64,000 nt of DNA, taken from the NCBI GenBank assembly GCA_035690365.1, contig DASSKP010000048.1:10077-74076 (forward strand). Reading direction: 5' to 3'. This document shows positions 35,149 to 43,745 of this stretch, piece by piece. The notes below the pieces were generated by a model. That model saw only the letters and a program-made list of their open reading frames with translations. It did no database searches and had not been told where the DNA came from. Positions within the stretch are counted from its first letter, which is position 1, and every line of letters starts with the position of its first letter. Origin of the DNA: Mycobacteriales bacterium. GTDB taxonomy: Bacteria; Actinomycetota; Actinomycetes; JAFAQI01. Made by a program: the position numbers and the translations under genes.

Positions 35149-36930
35149 ATGCGACTACGGCCGGTCCCTGTTCTGCTCGTGGTGGGAGTTGCGTCGGTCG
35201 GGGCGGGGATACCGATCGTCTCGGTCCGGGCAGCAGCGCCTCGGGTGCTTCGCGTCGGGACCTGGCGCGGCAGCACAGGCACCTACTCCTCGATCCAGGC
35301 CGCGGTCGACGCGGCGCATGCCGGCGACTGGGTCCTCGTCGGGCCAGGTGACTGGAAGGAGCGGGGGGACCGTACGACGCACAAACCCGCCAGCGGTGAG
35401 GCCGGATGGGGCGTCACGATCGAGAAGCCGGGCCTGCATGTGCGCGGCATGAACCGCAACACCGTCGTCGTCGACGGCACCAGGCCGGGCACGCCGAAGT
35501 GCTCCTCGAAGGCCGCCGACCAGGACTTCGGCAGCACCTCCGCCGGACGGGACGGCATCGTCGCCTACAAGGTCGACGGAGTGTCGATCGAGAACCTCAC
35601 CGCCTGCAACTACCTGGGTCAGGGCAACGAGATCTGGTGGAACGGCGGTGACGGGTCCGGCAAGGTCGGCATGGGCGCGTACCACGGGGCTTACCTCAAC
35701 GCCACAACCACCTACTACGGCGGCGCCAGCAAGCCGCAGGCGACGTACGGCATCTTCGTCTCCAACGCGCGCGGTCCGGGTCTCATCACCCGCACCTATG
35801 CCAGCAACATGAACGACGCGAGCTACTACATCGGTGCGTGCCCCGACTGCAACGCCGTGCTCGACCGCGCCTGGGCGGAGAACAGCGCGCTCGGCTACTC
35901 CGGCACCAACTCCGGCGGCCATCTGCGCATCCAGAACTCCGAGTGGGACGACAACCAGAGCGGCATCGTCACCAACAGCCAGAACAACGACGACGCGCCG
36001 TCGCCGCAGGTCGGCCTCTGCCCCGGCAGCACGACGACGTCGTGCGAGATCTGGTCCAACAACTACGTGCACGACAACAACAACCCCAATGTGCCCCAGT
36101 CCGGTTCCGCCGGCGCCGGCCCGGTCGGCACCGGCATGGTCATCGCCGGTGGCCGGCACGACACGCTCGTGCACAACTTGATCGTGCGCAACAAGGCGTG
36201 GGGCATCCTCACCACGCCGTACCCCGACACCGAGGTGCCGCCGTCCGCCATCGGCCAGCACTGCCAGGGTGGCGAGCCCAACTTCGACCTGTCCGCGCTC
36301 GGCCTGACCGGCACGGTGCCCTGCTACTTCAGCGACTGGGGCAACGAGATCGCGCACAACACGTTCACCGACAACGGTGGCTACGGCAACCCCACCAACG
36401 GTGACGTCGGCGACATCTCGCAGCCGCCGCCGGAGGACCCGTCGGCGACAGGCAACTGCTGGCACGACAACACCGACACCAGTGGCACGTTCACCGAGTC
36501 ACCGTCGACGCTGTCGACGACCAACGGCTCGTGCCCGGCCGCCGGGTGGCCTTCGGTCAACGCGGCCGAGGAATCGGTGCTGATCGCCGAGGTCGCGTGC
36601 GACTCCCAGCTGCTGTTCCCGTGCAACCCGCCGCCGGGCGTTCCGGCGAGCTACCCGCAGACGACGACGGTGAGGTTGAAGCCGCTGCCGACCGCGCGGC
36701 TCGCGACGATGCCGAACCCGTGTGCCGGCGTCCCGGTCAACCCCTGGTGCCCGGCGGCGTCGTCGAGCGGCGGCGGGTCGGGCGGCGGCGGAAGCGGCAG
36801 CGCACAGGGCCGCGGCACGGGTGGCAGCCTCTCCGACACGGGTCTCGCGGTCGCGATACCGCTGACCGCACTCGGTCTGCTCGCGGCCGGCGGCGTCGCG
36901 GTCACGATCCGACGACGCAACGCGGCCTGA
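35149..36930 (+). CDS. Secreted right-handed beta-helix (pectin-lyase-fold-like) repeat protein with C-terminal sortase-type sorting signal
   Basis: ATG 35149 preceded by GGTGGGAGG, with a signal peptide. Asn/Gly-rich turns (NSGGHLRIQNSEWDDNQSGIVTN, NNYVHDNNNP, HNLIVRNKAWGI, NEIAHNTFTDNGG). C-terminus is Gly/Ser linker, LSDTG, hydrophobic helix, RRRNAA. Confidence 0.7.
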   Translation: MRLRPVPVLLVVGVASVGAGIPIVSVRAAAPRVLRVGTWRGSTGTYSSIQAAVDAAHAGDWVLVGPGDWKERGDRTTHKPASGEAGWGVTIEKPGLHVRGMNRNTVVVDGTRPGTPKCSSKAADQDFGSTSAGRDGIVAYKVDGVSIENLTACNYLGQGNEIWWNGGDGSGKVGMGAYHGAYLNATTTYYGGASKPQATYGIFVSNARGPGLITRTYASNMNDASYYIGACPDCNAVLDRAWAENSALGYSGTNSGGHLRIQNSEWDDNQSGIVTNSQNNDDAPSPQVGLCPGSTTTSCEIWSNNYVHDNNNPNVPQSGSAGAGPVGTGMVIAGGRHDTLVHNLIVRNKAWGILTTPYPDTEVPPSAIGQHCQGGEPNFDLSALGLTGTVPCYFSDWGNEIAHNTFTDNGGYGNPTNGDVGDISQPPPEDPSATGNCWHDNTDTSGTFTESPSTLSTTNGSCPAAGWPSVNAAEESVLIAEVACDSQLLFPCNPPPGVPASYPQTTTVRLKPLPTARLATMPNPCAGVPVNPWCPAASSSGGGSGGGGSGSAQGRGTGGSLSDTGLAVAIPLTALGLLAAGGVAVTIRRRNAA

Positions 36931-36934
36931 CGGA

Positions 36935-38473
36935 CTAGTTGACCTGGCGGTCGCGGCCGGCCCAGAAGGGCTCGCGGAGCTTGAACTTCTGCACCTTGCC
37001 CGTCGCGGTGCGAGGAATGACCTCGACGAACTCGACCGAGGTCGGCGCCTTGAAGCCGGCGATGTGCTGCTTGCAGTGCGCGATGACGCCGGCCTCGTCG
37101 ATCTCGACGCCTGGCGCCTTCACGACGATCGCCTTGATGGTCTCGCCCCACTTCTCGTCGGGCACGCCGATCACGGCGACCTCGGCCACGCCTTCGCAGC
37201 TGTAGATGCAGTCCTCGACCTCGATCGACGACACGTTCTCGCCGCCGGTGATGATCACGTCCTTCTTCCGGTCGGAGATCGTGAGGTAACCCTCGTCGTC
37301 GATCGAGCCACCGTCGCCGGTGTGGAACCAGTCGCCCTCGAGAGCGGCAGCGGTCGCGTCCGGCTGCTGCCAGTAGCCCTGCAGGACGACGTTGCTCCGT
37401 GCCAGCACCTCGCCGGCCGCACTGACGGCGAGTCGTACGCCGACAGCGGGAGCACCCGCTCGGACCAGCTTCTGTGCCGCCTGCTCGATGGGGAGGTCGG
37501 CCCACTCACGCCTGCGACGGTTGATCGTCAGCAATGGCGAGGTCTCGGTGAGGCCGTAGATCTCGATGAACTCCCACCCGAGCTCGGTCTCGATCCGCTC
37601 GATCGTCTTGGTGGGCGGCGGCGCTCCGGCGCAGATCACCCGGGTGGCGCGGCCGGCGCCGGGAATCGGGCCGTCCCACGCCTTGCCGGCGTCGAGCACA
37701 GAGTTGACGACCGCCGGAGCAGCGCACATGAAGGTGACGCCGTGCTGCTGCACCCGGCGCAGGATCTCCGGACCGTCGACCTTGCGCAGCACGACCTGCG
37801 GCGCACCCATCGCGGCGGCGGTGTAGAGCATCCCCCAGCCGTTGCAGTGGAACATCGGCAACGTGTGGAGATAGACATCCCAGTCGTTGACGCCGGCGTG
37901 CAGGCCGAACGTCACGGCATTGGTCCAGATGTTGCGATGCGTTATCTGAACGCCCTTGGGACGGGCGGTCGTGCCGCTCGTGTAGTTGATCGTGGCCGTC
38001 GCGTCCTCGTCGGGATCGGTCCACGGTTGCGGCTCGCGGTCGAAGCGCAGGAGTGCCTCGTCGCTCTGCTGCCCGAGCAACAGTCGGTGTTTCGCCGTGA
38101 CCGTGCCGAGGTCGTCGTCGAGCGTCGGGTCGACGAGCAGCACCGTGGCACCGGAGTGCTCGACGATGTACTCGACCTCCTCCGCGCGCAGTCGGAAGTT
38201 GATCGGCACCAGCACGCGTCCTGACGACGGGACGGCGAAGAACAGCTCCAGCAGGCGGGCCGCGTTGGGCGACACGACGGCGACCCGCTCCCCCGGGTCG
38301 ACGCCGAGCTCGTCGAGACCGGCCTGGATGGCCCGGACGCGGCGTGCGACCTCCGAGTAGGTCAGCGAGCCGAGGCTGTCGGCGCTGTCAGGCTCGTCGA
38401 TCACCCCCATCCGATCACCGAAGACCGTCTCGGCGCGGTAGAGAAAGTCGGTGGTGAGCAGAGGGACCTTCAT
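36935..38473 (-). CDS. AMP-forming acyl-CoA synthetase (fatty-acid-CoA ligase family)
   Basis: 512 aa with YTSGTTARPKGV (A3 motif), TGD, and the A10 region PRTATGKVQK. Confidence 0.85.
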   Translation of the reverse strand: MKVPLLTTDFLYRAETVFGDRMGVIDEPDSADSLGSLTYSEVARRVRAIQAGLDELGVDPGERVAVVSPNAARLLELFFAVPSSGRVLVPINFRLRAEEVEYIVEHSGATVLLVDPTLDDDLGTVTAKHRLLLGQQSDEALLRFDREPQPWTDPDEDATATINYTSGTTARPKGVQITHRNIWTNAVTFGLHAGVNDWDVYLHTLPMFHCNGWGMLYTAAAMGAPQVVLRKVDGPEILRRVQQHGVTFMCAAPAVVNSVLDAGKAWDGPIPGAGRATRVICAGAPPPTKTIERIETELGWEFIEIYGLTETSPLLTINRRRREWADLPIEQAAQKLVRAGAPAVGVRLAVSAAGEVLARSNVVLQGYWQQPDATAAALEGDWFHTGDGGSIDDEGYLTISDRKKDVIITGGENVSSIEVEDCIYSCEGVAEVAVIGVPDEKWGETIKAIVVKAPGVEIDEAGVIAHCKQHIAGFKAPTSVEFVEVIPRTATGKVQKFKLREPFWAGRDRQVN

Positions 38474-39246
38474 GCGCGCTCCTCGACCACGGCGGCGACC
38501 AGTGCCGGAAGGATCTCACCGATCGGTTCGCGCAGAACAGTGCCGGCGATGTCGTCGTACGGCGTGGGTTCTGCGTTGATGATGACGAAGCGGGCACCCG
38601 CCTCGACGGCGACCTCGCACAGGCCGGCCGCCGGGTGGACCATCAGCGAGGTGCCGATGGCGACGAAGAGGTCGCATGCCTGCGTGGCCGCCCAGGCGGC
38701 GCGCAGGACGGCCGCGTCGAGTGGCTGGCCGAAGGAGATCGTCGCGGACTTGAGAATGCCGCCGCAGAGCGTGCAGCTCGGGTCGGGCTCGACGTCACTC
38801 ACCCTCGCCAGCTCGTCGGCCATCGGCGAGCGCACGCCACAGGTGAGGCACTCCGCCCACCAGATCGTGCCGTGCAGCTCGATGACCTTCTCGCGCGACG
38901 AGCCCGCCCGCTGGTGCAGCTCGTCGATGTTCTGCGTGATGAGCGCGGTCAGCCGGCCGGTCCTCTCGAGGTCCGCCAGCGCGCGGTGCGCGTCGTTGGG
39001 CTCGGCGCTCCAGGCCGGATGCGCCTTGCGCGACTGCCAGGCGCGGCGCCGCACCTCAGGGTCGGCGACGTAGTCCTGGATCGACGACATCCGCTGGGCT
39101 TCGGGGTTGCGGGTCCAGACGCCGTTCGGGCCGCGGTAGTCCGGGATGCCGGAGTCGGTCGAGATGCCGGCGCCGGTGAAGACGGTCACGCGTTGAGCGG
39201 CCGACAGCCACTCCCTCACCTGCTCGAGTGCTCCGGCCTCCTGCAC
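38470..39246 (-). CDS. NAD-dependent protein deacylase (Sir2/CobB family)
   Basis: GTG 39244-39246. GAGISTDSGIPDYRG, QNIDELH, Zn ribbon CLTCG...CTLCGG. Stop overlaps the acyl-CoA synthetase ATG (ATGA). Confidence 0.88.
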   Translation of the reverse strand: MQEAGALEQVREWLSAAQRVTVFTGAGISTDSGIPDYRGPNGVWTRNPEAQRMSSIQDYVADPEVRRRAWQSRKAHPAWSAEPNDAHRALADLERTGRLTALITQNIDELHQRAGSSREKVIELHGTIWWAECLTCGVRSPMADELARVSDVEPDPSCTLCGGILKSATISFGQPLDAAVLRAAWAATQACDLFVAIGTSLMVHPAAGLCEVAVEAGARFVIINAEPTPYDDIAGTVLREPIGEILPALVAAVVEERA

Positions 39247-39275
39247 GCGCCCGACCCTACGTCGCCCCGGCCGGC

Positions 39276-40547
39276 TCAGTGGACGACGATCGCCACCCGC
39301 CAGGCCGTGAGGGCGCCGGCCTGGATGACGTACTCGTGGCCCCGGCTCGGCTGCGGCCCGTCGCCGAGTGCGATGGCCGGGCCGGTGGGGTTGCCCGGCA
39401 CGACGTGCTGACGGTCGTCGCACGGGATCCGCACTCCGTGCTGCGCTGAGTCGCGGTCGACGACGACCCGGATGAACGGGCTTCCACCCGCCGAGTAGCA
39501 GCGCGCGTAGATGGTGGTCGCTCGCCCGGGCCGCGCGTGCGTCGACTCGTCGAAGAACGTAGAGCTGCCCTGCGAGGCGCTCTCGCCGAACACCGTGCCC
39601 GTCGCCGGGACGCCGACCAGCGCGTCGGGGTAGACCAGCGTCGGCGCCTGGCGGCCCGGCGCGCCGGGCACTCCCACGAAGCCGTCGAACGGAACCGACT
39701 GCCCCTCCGGCCCCGTCGCCAGTGCTGTGATCCGTACGCGGCTCGCGACCGGCCCGACCTGGACTGACCCGTAGCCCTTGTCGAGCGGCAGATCACCCGA
39801 CACCGTCCGGTCGCCGGCCGTCTGGACCGTCCACGAGGCGCCGCGCGCCTTCGGTGACGTGAGCAGCCAGATGATGTTGTCGAAGCCGCCGTTGCCGTCG
39901 CCCACCGGCGCGTAGCCACCGACGACGCCGGTGTAGCCGGGCGGCGGCGCGGCGACGTCGACGTAGCTCCAGGCATAGCCGCCCTTGGCGCCTTCGCGCA
40001 TGACGTCGTTCCATGATCCGTGGGCCACCACGAGCCGCGGCCCCTTGGTCAGCGGGAGCGCGCCCGCGTGCAGCCCGGTGGCCTCGAACACGGCCACCAC
40101 CTGGTCGGTGCCCGGGATGCGCTCTCCGAGGTACCAGACCACCGGGGGCATGGAGACCGGCTGGCTCGACGGCAGCGGTGTCTTCGCGCGCTGGTCGGAG
40201 ACCCAGTGCTTCACGGCGGCCGTGAGCATCGCCTGCGGCACCGAGCCGTCGCGGTGGTCGTCCCACCGAAGGGCCCACGACGGGACCGGACGGTTCAGCG
40301 ACTGCGCCGAACGCTGCCCGTTGAAGGTGCCGCCGAGAGCGACGGCACCGACGGCGATGACCGCGACCGCGCACGCGCCGGCTGCGGCCTGGAGCTGCCG
40401 CCGGTGCGCGTGCTTGCGACGCACACCGGCGACCCGGTCCACCGGGAGGTCCGGCTGCCCCACCGTCAGGTCCGTCAACGCTGCTCGCAACGCCGGCTCG
40501 TCCTGCGTCTGCACCACGTCACTCACCGTCCGTCTTCGTCGTGCCAT
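39276..40547 (-). CDS. Putative membrane-spanning anti-sigma factor / sigma-associated protein
   Basis: Sits directly downstream of, and overlapping, the ECF sigma gene. About 55 cytoplasmic residues, one TM (AAGACAVAVIAVGAVALGG) and a roughly 350-aa extracytoplasmic domain. No ZAS motif; the function is inferred from position only. Confidence 0.5.
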   Translation of the reverse strand: MARRRRTVSDVVQTQDEPALRAALTDLTVGQPDLPVDRVAGVRRKHAHRRQLQAAAGACAVAVIAVGAVALGGTFNGQRSAQSLNRPVPSWALRWDDHRDGSVPQAMLTAAVKHWVSDQRAKTPLPSSQPVSMPPVVWYLGERIPGTDQVVAVFEATGLHAGALPLTKGPRLVVAHGSWNDVMREGAKGGYAWSYVDVAAPPPGYTGVVGGYAPVGDGNGGFDNIIWLLTSPKARGASWTVQTAGDRTVSGDLPLDKGYGSVQVGPVASRVRITALATGPEGQSVPFDGFVGVPGAPGRQAPTLVYPDALVGVPATGTVFGESASQGSSTFFDESTHARPGRATTIYARCYSAGGSPFIRVVVDRDSAQHGVRIPCDDRQHVVPGNPTGPAIALGDGPQPSRGHEYVIQAGALTAWRVAIVVH

Positions 40548-41067
40548 AGCCCGTGAGCGCCGCGTCCTCGCGCAGCTTCGCCAAGGCCTTCGCCGCCTGG
40601 CTCTTCACCGTGCCGACCGAGATCCCGAGCGCCGCCGCGACCTGTGCCTCCGTCATGTCCTCGTGGAACCGCAGCACGACCACCGCCCGCTGCCGCTTGG
40701 GCAACCGCGCGAGCGCGTTGCGCACCGCGTCACGCCGGTCCGCGGCGACGTACTCGTCCTGCGTCGGCGTCTCACGCATCTCGCCGGTCGGTACTTCGCC
40801 GCGCCACTTGCGCCGCCACCACGACGACCAGGTGTTGACGAGCACCCGGCGCAGATATCCCTCCGGGTCGTCGCTGACGATCCGGTCCCAGCGCGGGTAG
40901 GCGCGGGCGAGCGCCGTCTGCAGCAGGTCCTCCGCGAGACCCCAGTCGCCGGTCAGCAGGTACGCCGTCCGCTGCAGCGCCTGGCCACGCGCGGCGACGA
41001 ACTCGTCGAACGGCACGCGACCGACGCCGCCCACCGTCTCGACCACGAGGCTCCCCACGCTGCTCAC
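40519..41067 (-). CDS. ECF-type RNA polymerase sigma-70 factor
   Basis: 182 aa. Region 2 (...AYLLTGDWGLAEDLLQTALARAY..W) and region 4 HTH (LPKRQRAVVVLRFHEDMTEAQVAAALGISVGTVKSQ). Confidence 0.85.
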   Translation of the reverse strand: MSSVGSLVVETVGGVGRVPFDEFVAARGQALQRTAYLLTGDWGLAEDLLQTALARAYPRWDRIVSDDPEGYLRRVLVNTWSSWWRRKWRGEVPTGEMRETPTQDEYVAADRRDAVRNALARLPKRQRAVVVLRFHEDMTEAQVAAALGISVGTVKSQAAKALAKLREDAALTGYGTTKTDGE

Positions 41068-41127
41068 GCCGGAGATGACCGGCGAGCCTGCCGGAAAGGT
41101 TGCCTCATTCGGCCGAGGATGTCCGAC

Positions 41128-42015
41128 ATGCGCGACGACGGGGGCGCCCTCTCACGCCGCTCCCTTCTCCTCGGGGTGCTGGGGGCGGGTGTCGCTGCCG
41201 TGGGCGCCGGAGCGGCCGCGGAGTGGGACAACCCCACTTTCGTCCGGCTGCGCGGCGGCTGCGGCGACAACCCGTCGGTGCCGCACAGCACGTACGACGT
41301 CCAGCGGCTGTCGACCACCTCGACGTCGATGCCGGGCGAGCAGCTCAGCTACAGCGTGGCCTTGCCCGCGGGGCACCGGCGCGGCGACGGGACGCCGCTG
41401 GCGATCTACCTGCCGGGCCTCAACCGCGGCGACGAGGACCTCGACGGCGGTCTCGGCATCAGCGGGTTCGCCACCGCGGCCGGCTCACGGTTGGCATTCG
41501 TGCAACCCGGTTTCGGCGGTCGCACCTACTGGCACCCCCGCGCGGACGGCCGTGACCCCATGGCCGCGTTGCTCGACGACGTCGTCCCTGCCGTCGAGCG
41601 TCGGTTCGGTGTCGGCGGGTCCCGGGAGCGGCGCGGCGTCTTCGGCTCGTCGATGGGCGCCTTCGGGACGCTGCTGCTCGCTCAACAGCATCCGGACACG
41701 GTGGCCGCGGCCGTCGCGCTCAGCCCGGCCGTCTTCAGGTCCTATTCCGAGGCGCGGCGGAGCCACCCCTACACCTTCGACTCCGAGAGCGACTGGCAGC
41801 GCTATGGCGTGTGGTCGCACCTGACCGACTTCCATGACGTCGAGGTGCGGATCGACTGCGGGAGCGCGGACCCGTTCGCACCCACCGCGCGCGAGCTGCT
41901 GAAGCGGATTCCCGGTGCGACCGGCGGCATCGAGAGCGGCTGTCATGTCGGCAGCTTCTGGCGCCGCCGGATGCCGGCGACGCTCGCGTTCCTCGCGCAG
42001 CACATCGGCGGCTGA
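41128..42015 (+). CDS. Tat-exported alpha/beta-hydrolase (putative esterase family)
   Basis: ATG 41128 lies 9 nt after GAGG (ATG 41119 is the alternative). Twin-arginine signal LSRRSLLLGVLGAG. GSSMGAFG nucleophile elbow (GxSxG). Only the 3' part of ORF 39985..42015 is used. Confidence 0.65.
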   Translation: MRDDGGALSRRSLLLGVLGAGVAAVGAGAAAEWDNPTFVRLRGGCGDNPSVPHSTYDVQRLSTTSTSMPGEQLSYSVALPAGHRRGDGTPLAIYLPGLNRGDEDLDGGLGISGFATAAGSRLAFVQPGFGGRTYWHPRADGRDPMAALLDDVVPAVERRFGVGGSRERRGVFGSSMGAFGTLLLAQQHPDTVAAAVALSPAVFRSYSEARRSHPYTFDSESDWQRYGVWSHLTDFHDVEVRIDCGSADPFAPTARELLKRIPGATGGIESGCHVGSFWRRRMPATLAFLAQHIGG

Positions 42016-42028
42016 TCGCCGCCCGCGA

Positions 42029-43636
42029 TCAGGGCTGGGTGATGACGCCCGAGGATGAGAACTTCGCGGCGCTGGTGCCGAAGTCCTCGTCGGACAGCGT
42101 GCGGACGAACGAGACCGATCCGCCGCCGACCGAGCCACGTCCGCCCGAGTCGAGCGACACCGACACCAGCCGCGCCGACCGGAAGCCGCCGCTCTTCGAG
42201 AGGGTGACGCGCAGCACCCCGGAGTGGCCGAGCACCCCCGTCGTGCTGAAGTTGTGGAAGTTGACGAAGTCTCCGAGGCTGTAGGCGATCAGCCGATGCC
42301 GGTAGAACTCCATGCCGCGCATGACGTGCGGCCCGCTGGCCACCACGATGCTCGCGCCGTTGTCGACCGCCATGTGCGCGAACTTCTTCGGGTTGCCGCG
42401 GTCCTCGCCGATGTAGGTCTCCTCGCGACCCGTGACGTGGTCGGCGTTGGCCCCCTCGGCGCCGGCGTGCATGTAGACGACGACGATCGCCGCGTTGGCG
42501 TTCGCCTTGCGAATCAGCTGCGCGGCGGTCGTGAGGTCGAGCAGGTTGTTGGTCGAGGAGTACGGCGCGAAGCCGACGAAGGCGACGCGCACGCCGTTGC
42601 TCGTCAGGTAGGTGATCTGGCCGGGCAGGCCGGTGTAACGCATACCGGCGCTGGTGATCGCGCTCTTCGTGTCGTTGAGCCCTTCGGTGCCGAAGTCGTG
42701 GGAGTGGTTGTTGGCGAGGTTGAGGACGTCGTACCCGGCTCGGGCGAACACGTGCGCGTACGACGGCGGGTTGCGGAACGTGTAACACGTGCTGCCACCG
42801 CTGCACTTGGCGTTGGTGCTATTGGTGAAGGTGCCCTCGAGGTTGGCGAAGCCGACGTCGATGCCCTTGCGGATCTGCGGGACGACGGGTGACAGGTAGC
42901 CGTAGGGGTTGTCCGGCAGCTTGGGAGTGTCACCGAGGATCGTGTCGCCGACGAAGGAGAAGATCGCGGTCGCGTAGACGACGCGCGCACGTCGCGGCTT
43001 GAGCACCGAAGGCCATCCGCAGGCGGACAGATGCTTGGTCAGGAACGTCTTCTCCGTCGTGTTGACACTGAGCCGCCACCGCCACTTCACCGCGACCCAC
43101 CACGCGAGATAGGTGCAGTCGAAGGAGGCACGCGGCGGCATCCAGTCGGTGGGCTCGGCGCCGCCCTTCGACCGGTACGACGCCGTGCTGACCGCAAGCA
43201 GCGACCGCGGGTAGGTGAGGTCGTTCATGAAGCGGTGGCGAGTGTCGGCATCCCAGCGCCATGCGTTCGACTGCCAGGCCTCACGCAGCGAGACCAGGTG
43301 GTCCGTGCGGAGCTGGGTGGAGTCGGTCACATAGACACCGTCGTAGAGCGATCTCCACCGGCCGCCGATCAGCGTGCAGCCGCTGGTGACCTGCGGCTTG
43401 GTGAGCGCGTCGCGAAGAAGCACTTCGCTGGGCGTCGTACAGCCGTCGCCGTCACTGTCGACCCACGGCCCGAAAGCGGCGCTGGAGAAGCCCCCGCGGT
43501 GCTCGGACGCGACGGTCAGCTGAGCGAGGAGCGTCTTCGTGCCGACGGCCGTGGAGGCAGTCGCGGGAGCCGCGGCGAGCGTCAAGCCACCGGCTGCGAG
43601 CGCCAACCCGACGGCAGAGGACAGAAGGCGCCGCAC
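42029..43636 (-). CDS. Secreted fusion protein: DUF1524/HNH-like (GmrSD C-terminal type) domain + CapA/PGA_cap metallophosphoesterase-like domain
   Basis: 535 aa, GTG start, signal peptide MRRLLSSAVGLALAAGGLTLAAAPATA. N-terminal half has DSDGDGCTTPSEVLLRD...DHLVSLREAWQSNAW. C-terminal half has FVGDTILG...ANLEG...NLANNHSHDFG...YMHAGAE...GPHVMRG. Confidence 0.65.
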   Translation of the reverse strand: MRRLLSSAVGLALAAGGLTLAAAPATASTAVGTKTLLAQLTVASEHRGGFSSAAFGPWVDSDGDGCTTPSEVLLRDALTKPQVTSGCTLIGGRWRSLYDGVYVTDSTQLRTDHLVSLREAWQSNAWRWDADTRHRFMNDLTYPRSLLAVSTASYRSKGGAEPTDWMPPRASFDCTYLAWWVAVKWRWRLSVNTTEKTFLTKHLSACGWPSVLKPRRARVVYATAIFSFVGDTILGDTPKLPDNPYGYLSPVVPQIRKGIDVGFANLEGTFTNSTNAKCSGGSTCYTFRNPPSYAHVFARAGYDVLNLANNHSHDFGTEGLNDTKSAITSAGMRYTGLPGQITYLTSNGVRVAFVGFAPYSSTNNLLDLTTAAQLIRKANANAAIVVVYMHAGAEGANADHVTGREETYIGEDRGNPKKFAHMAVDNGASIVVASGPHVMRGMEFYRHRLIAYSLGDFVNFHNFSTTGVLGHSGVLRVTLSKSGGFRSARLVSVSLDSGGRGSVGGGSVSFVRTLSDEDFGTSAAKFSSSGVITQP

Positions 43637-43745
43637 GAGAGCTAAGTGTGAGCCATCACCGTCGGCAATGTGCGCAATTTCTCCGCTTCAGCACACAAAC
43701 GTTGCAGACGGGCCGCCTGAGCCAGGCGATCAGGCGCTGATCACC

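Noticed and set aside
39985-41127. Upstream part of the 676-aa plus-strand ORF 39985..42015
   Set aside because: It is antisense to the anti-sigma and ECF sigma genes. The real product begins at the Tat signal (ATG 41128 or 41119).
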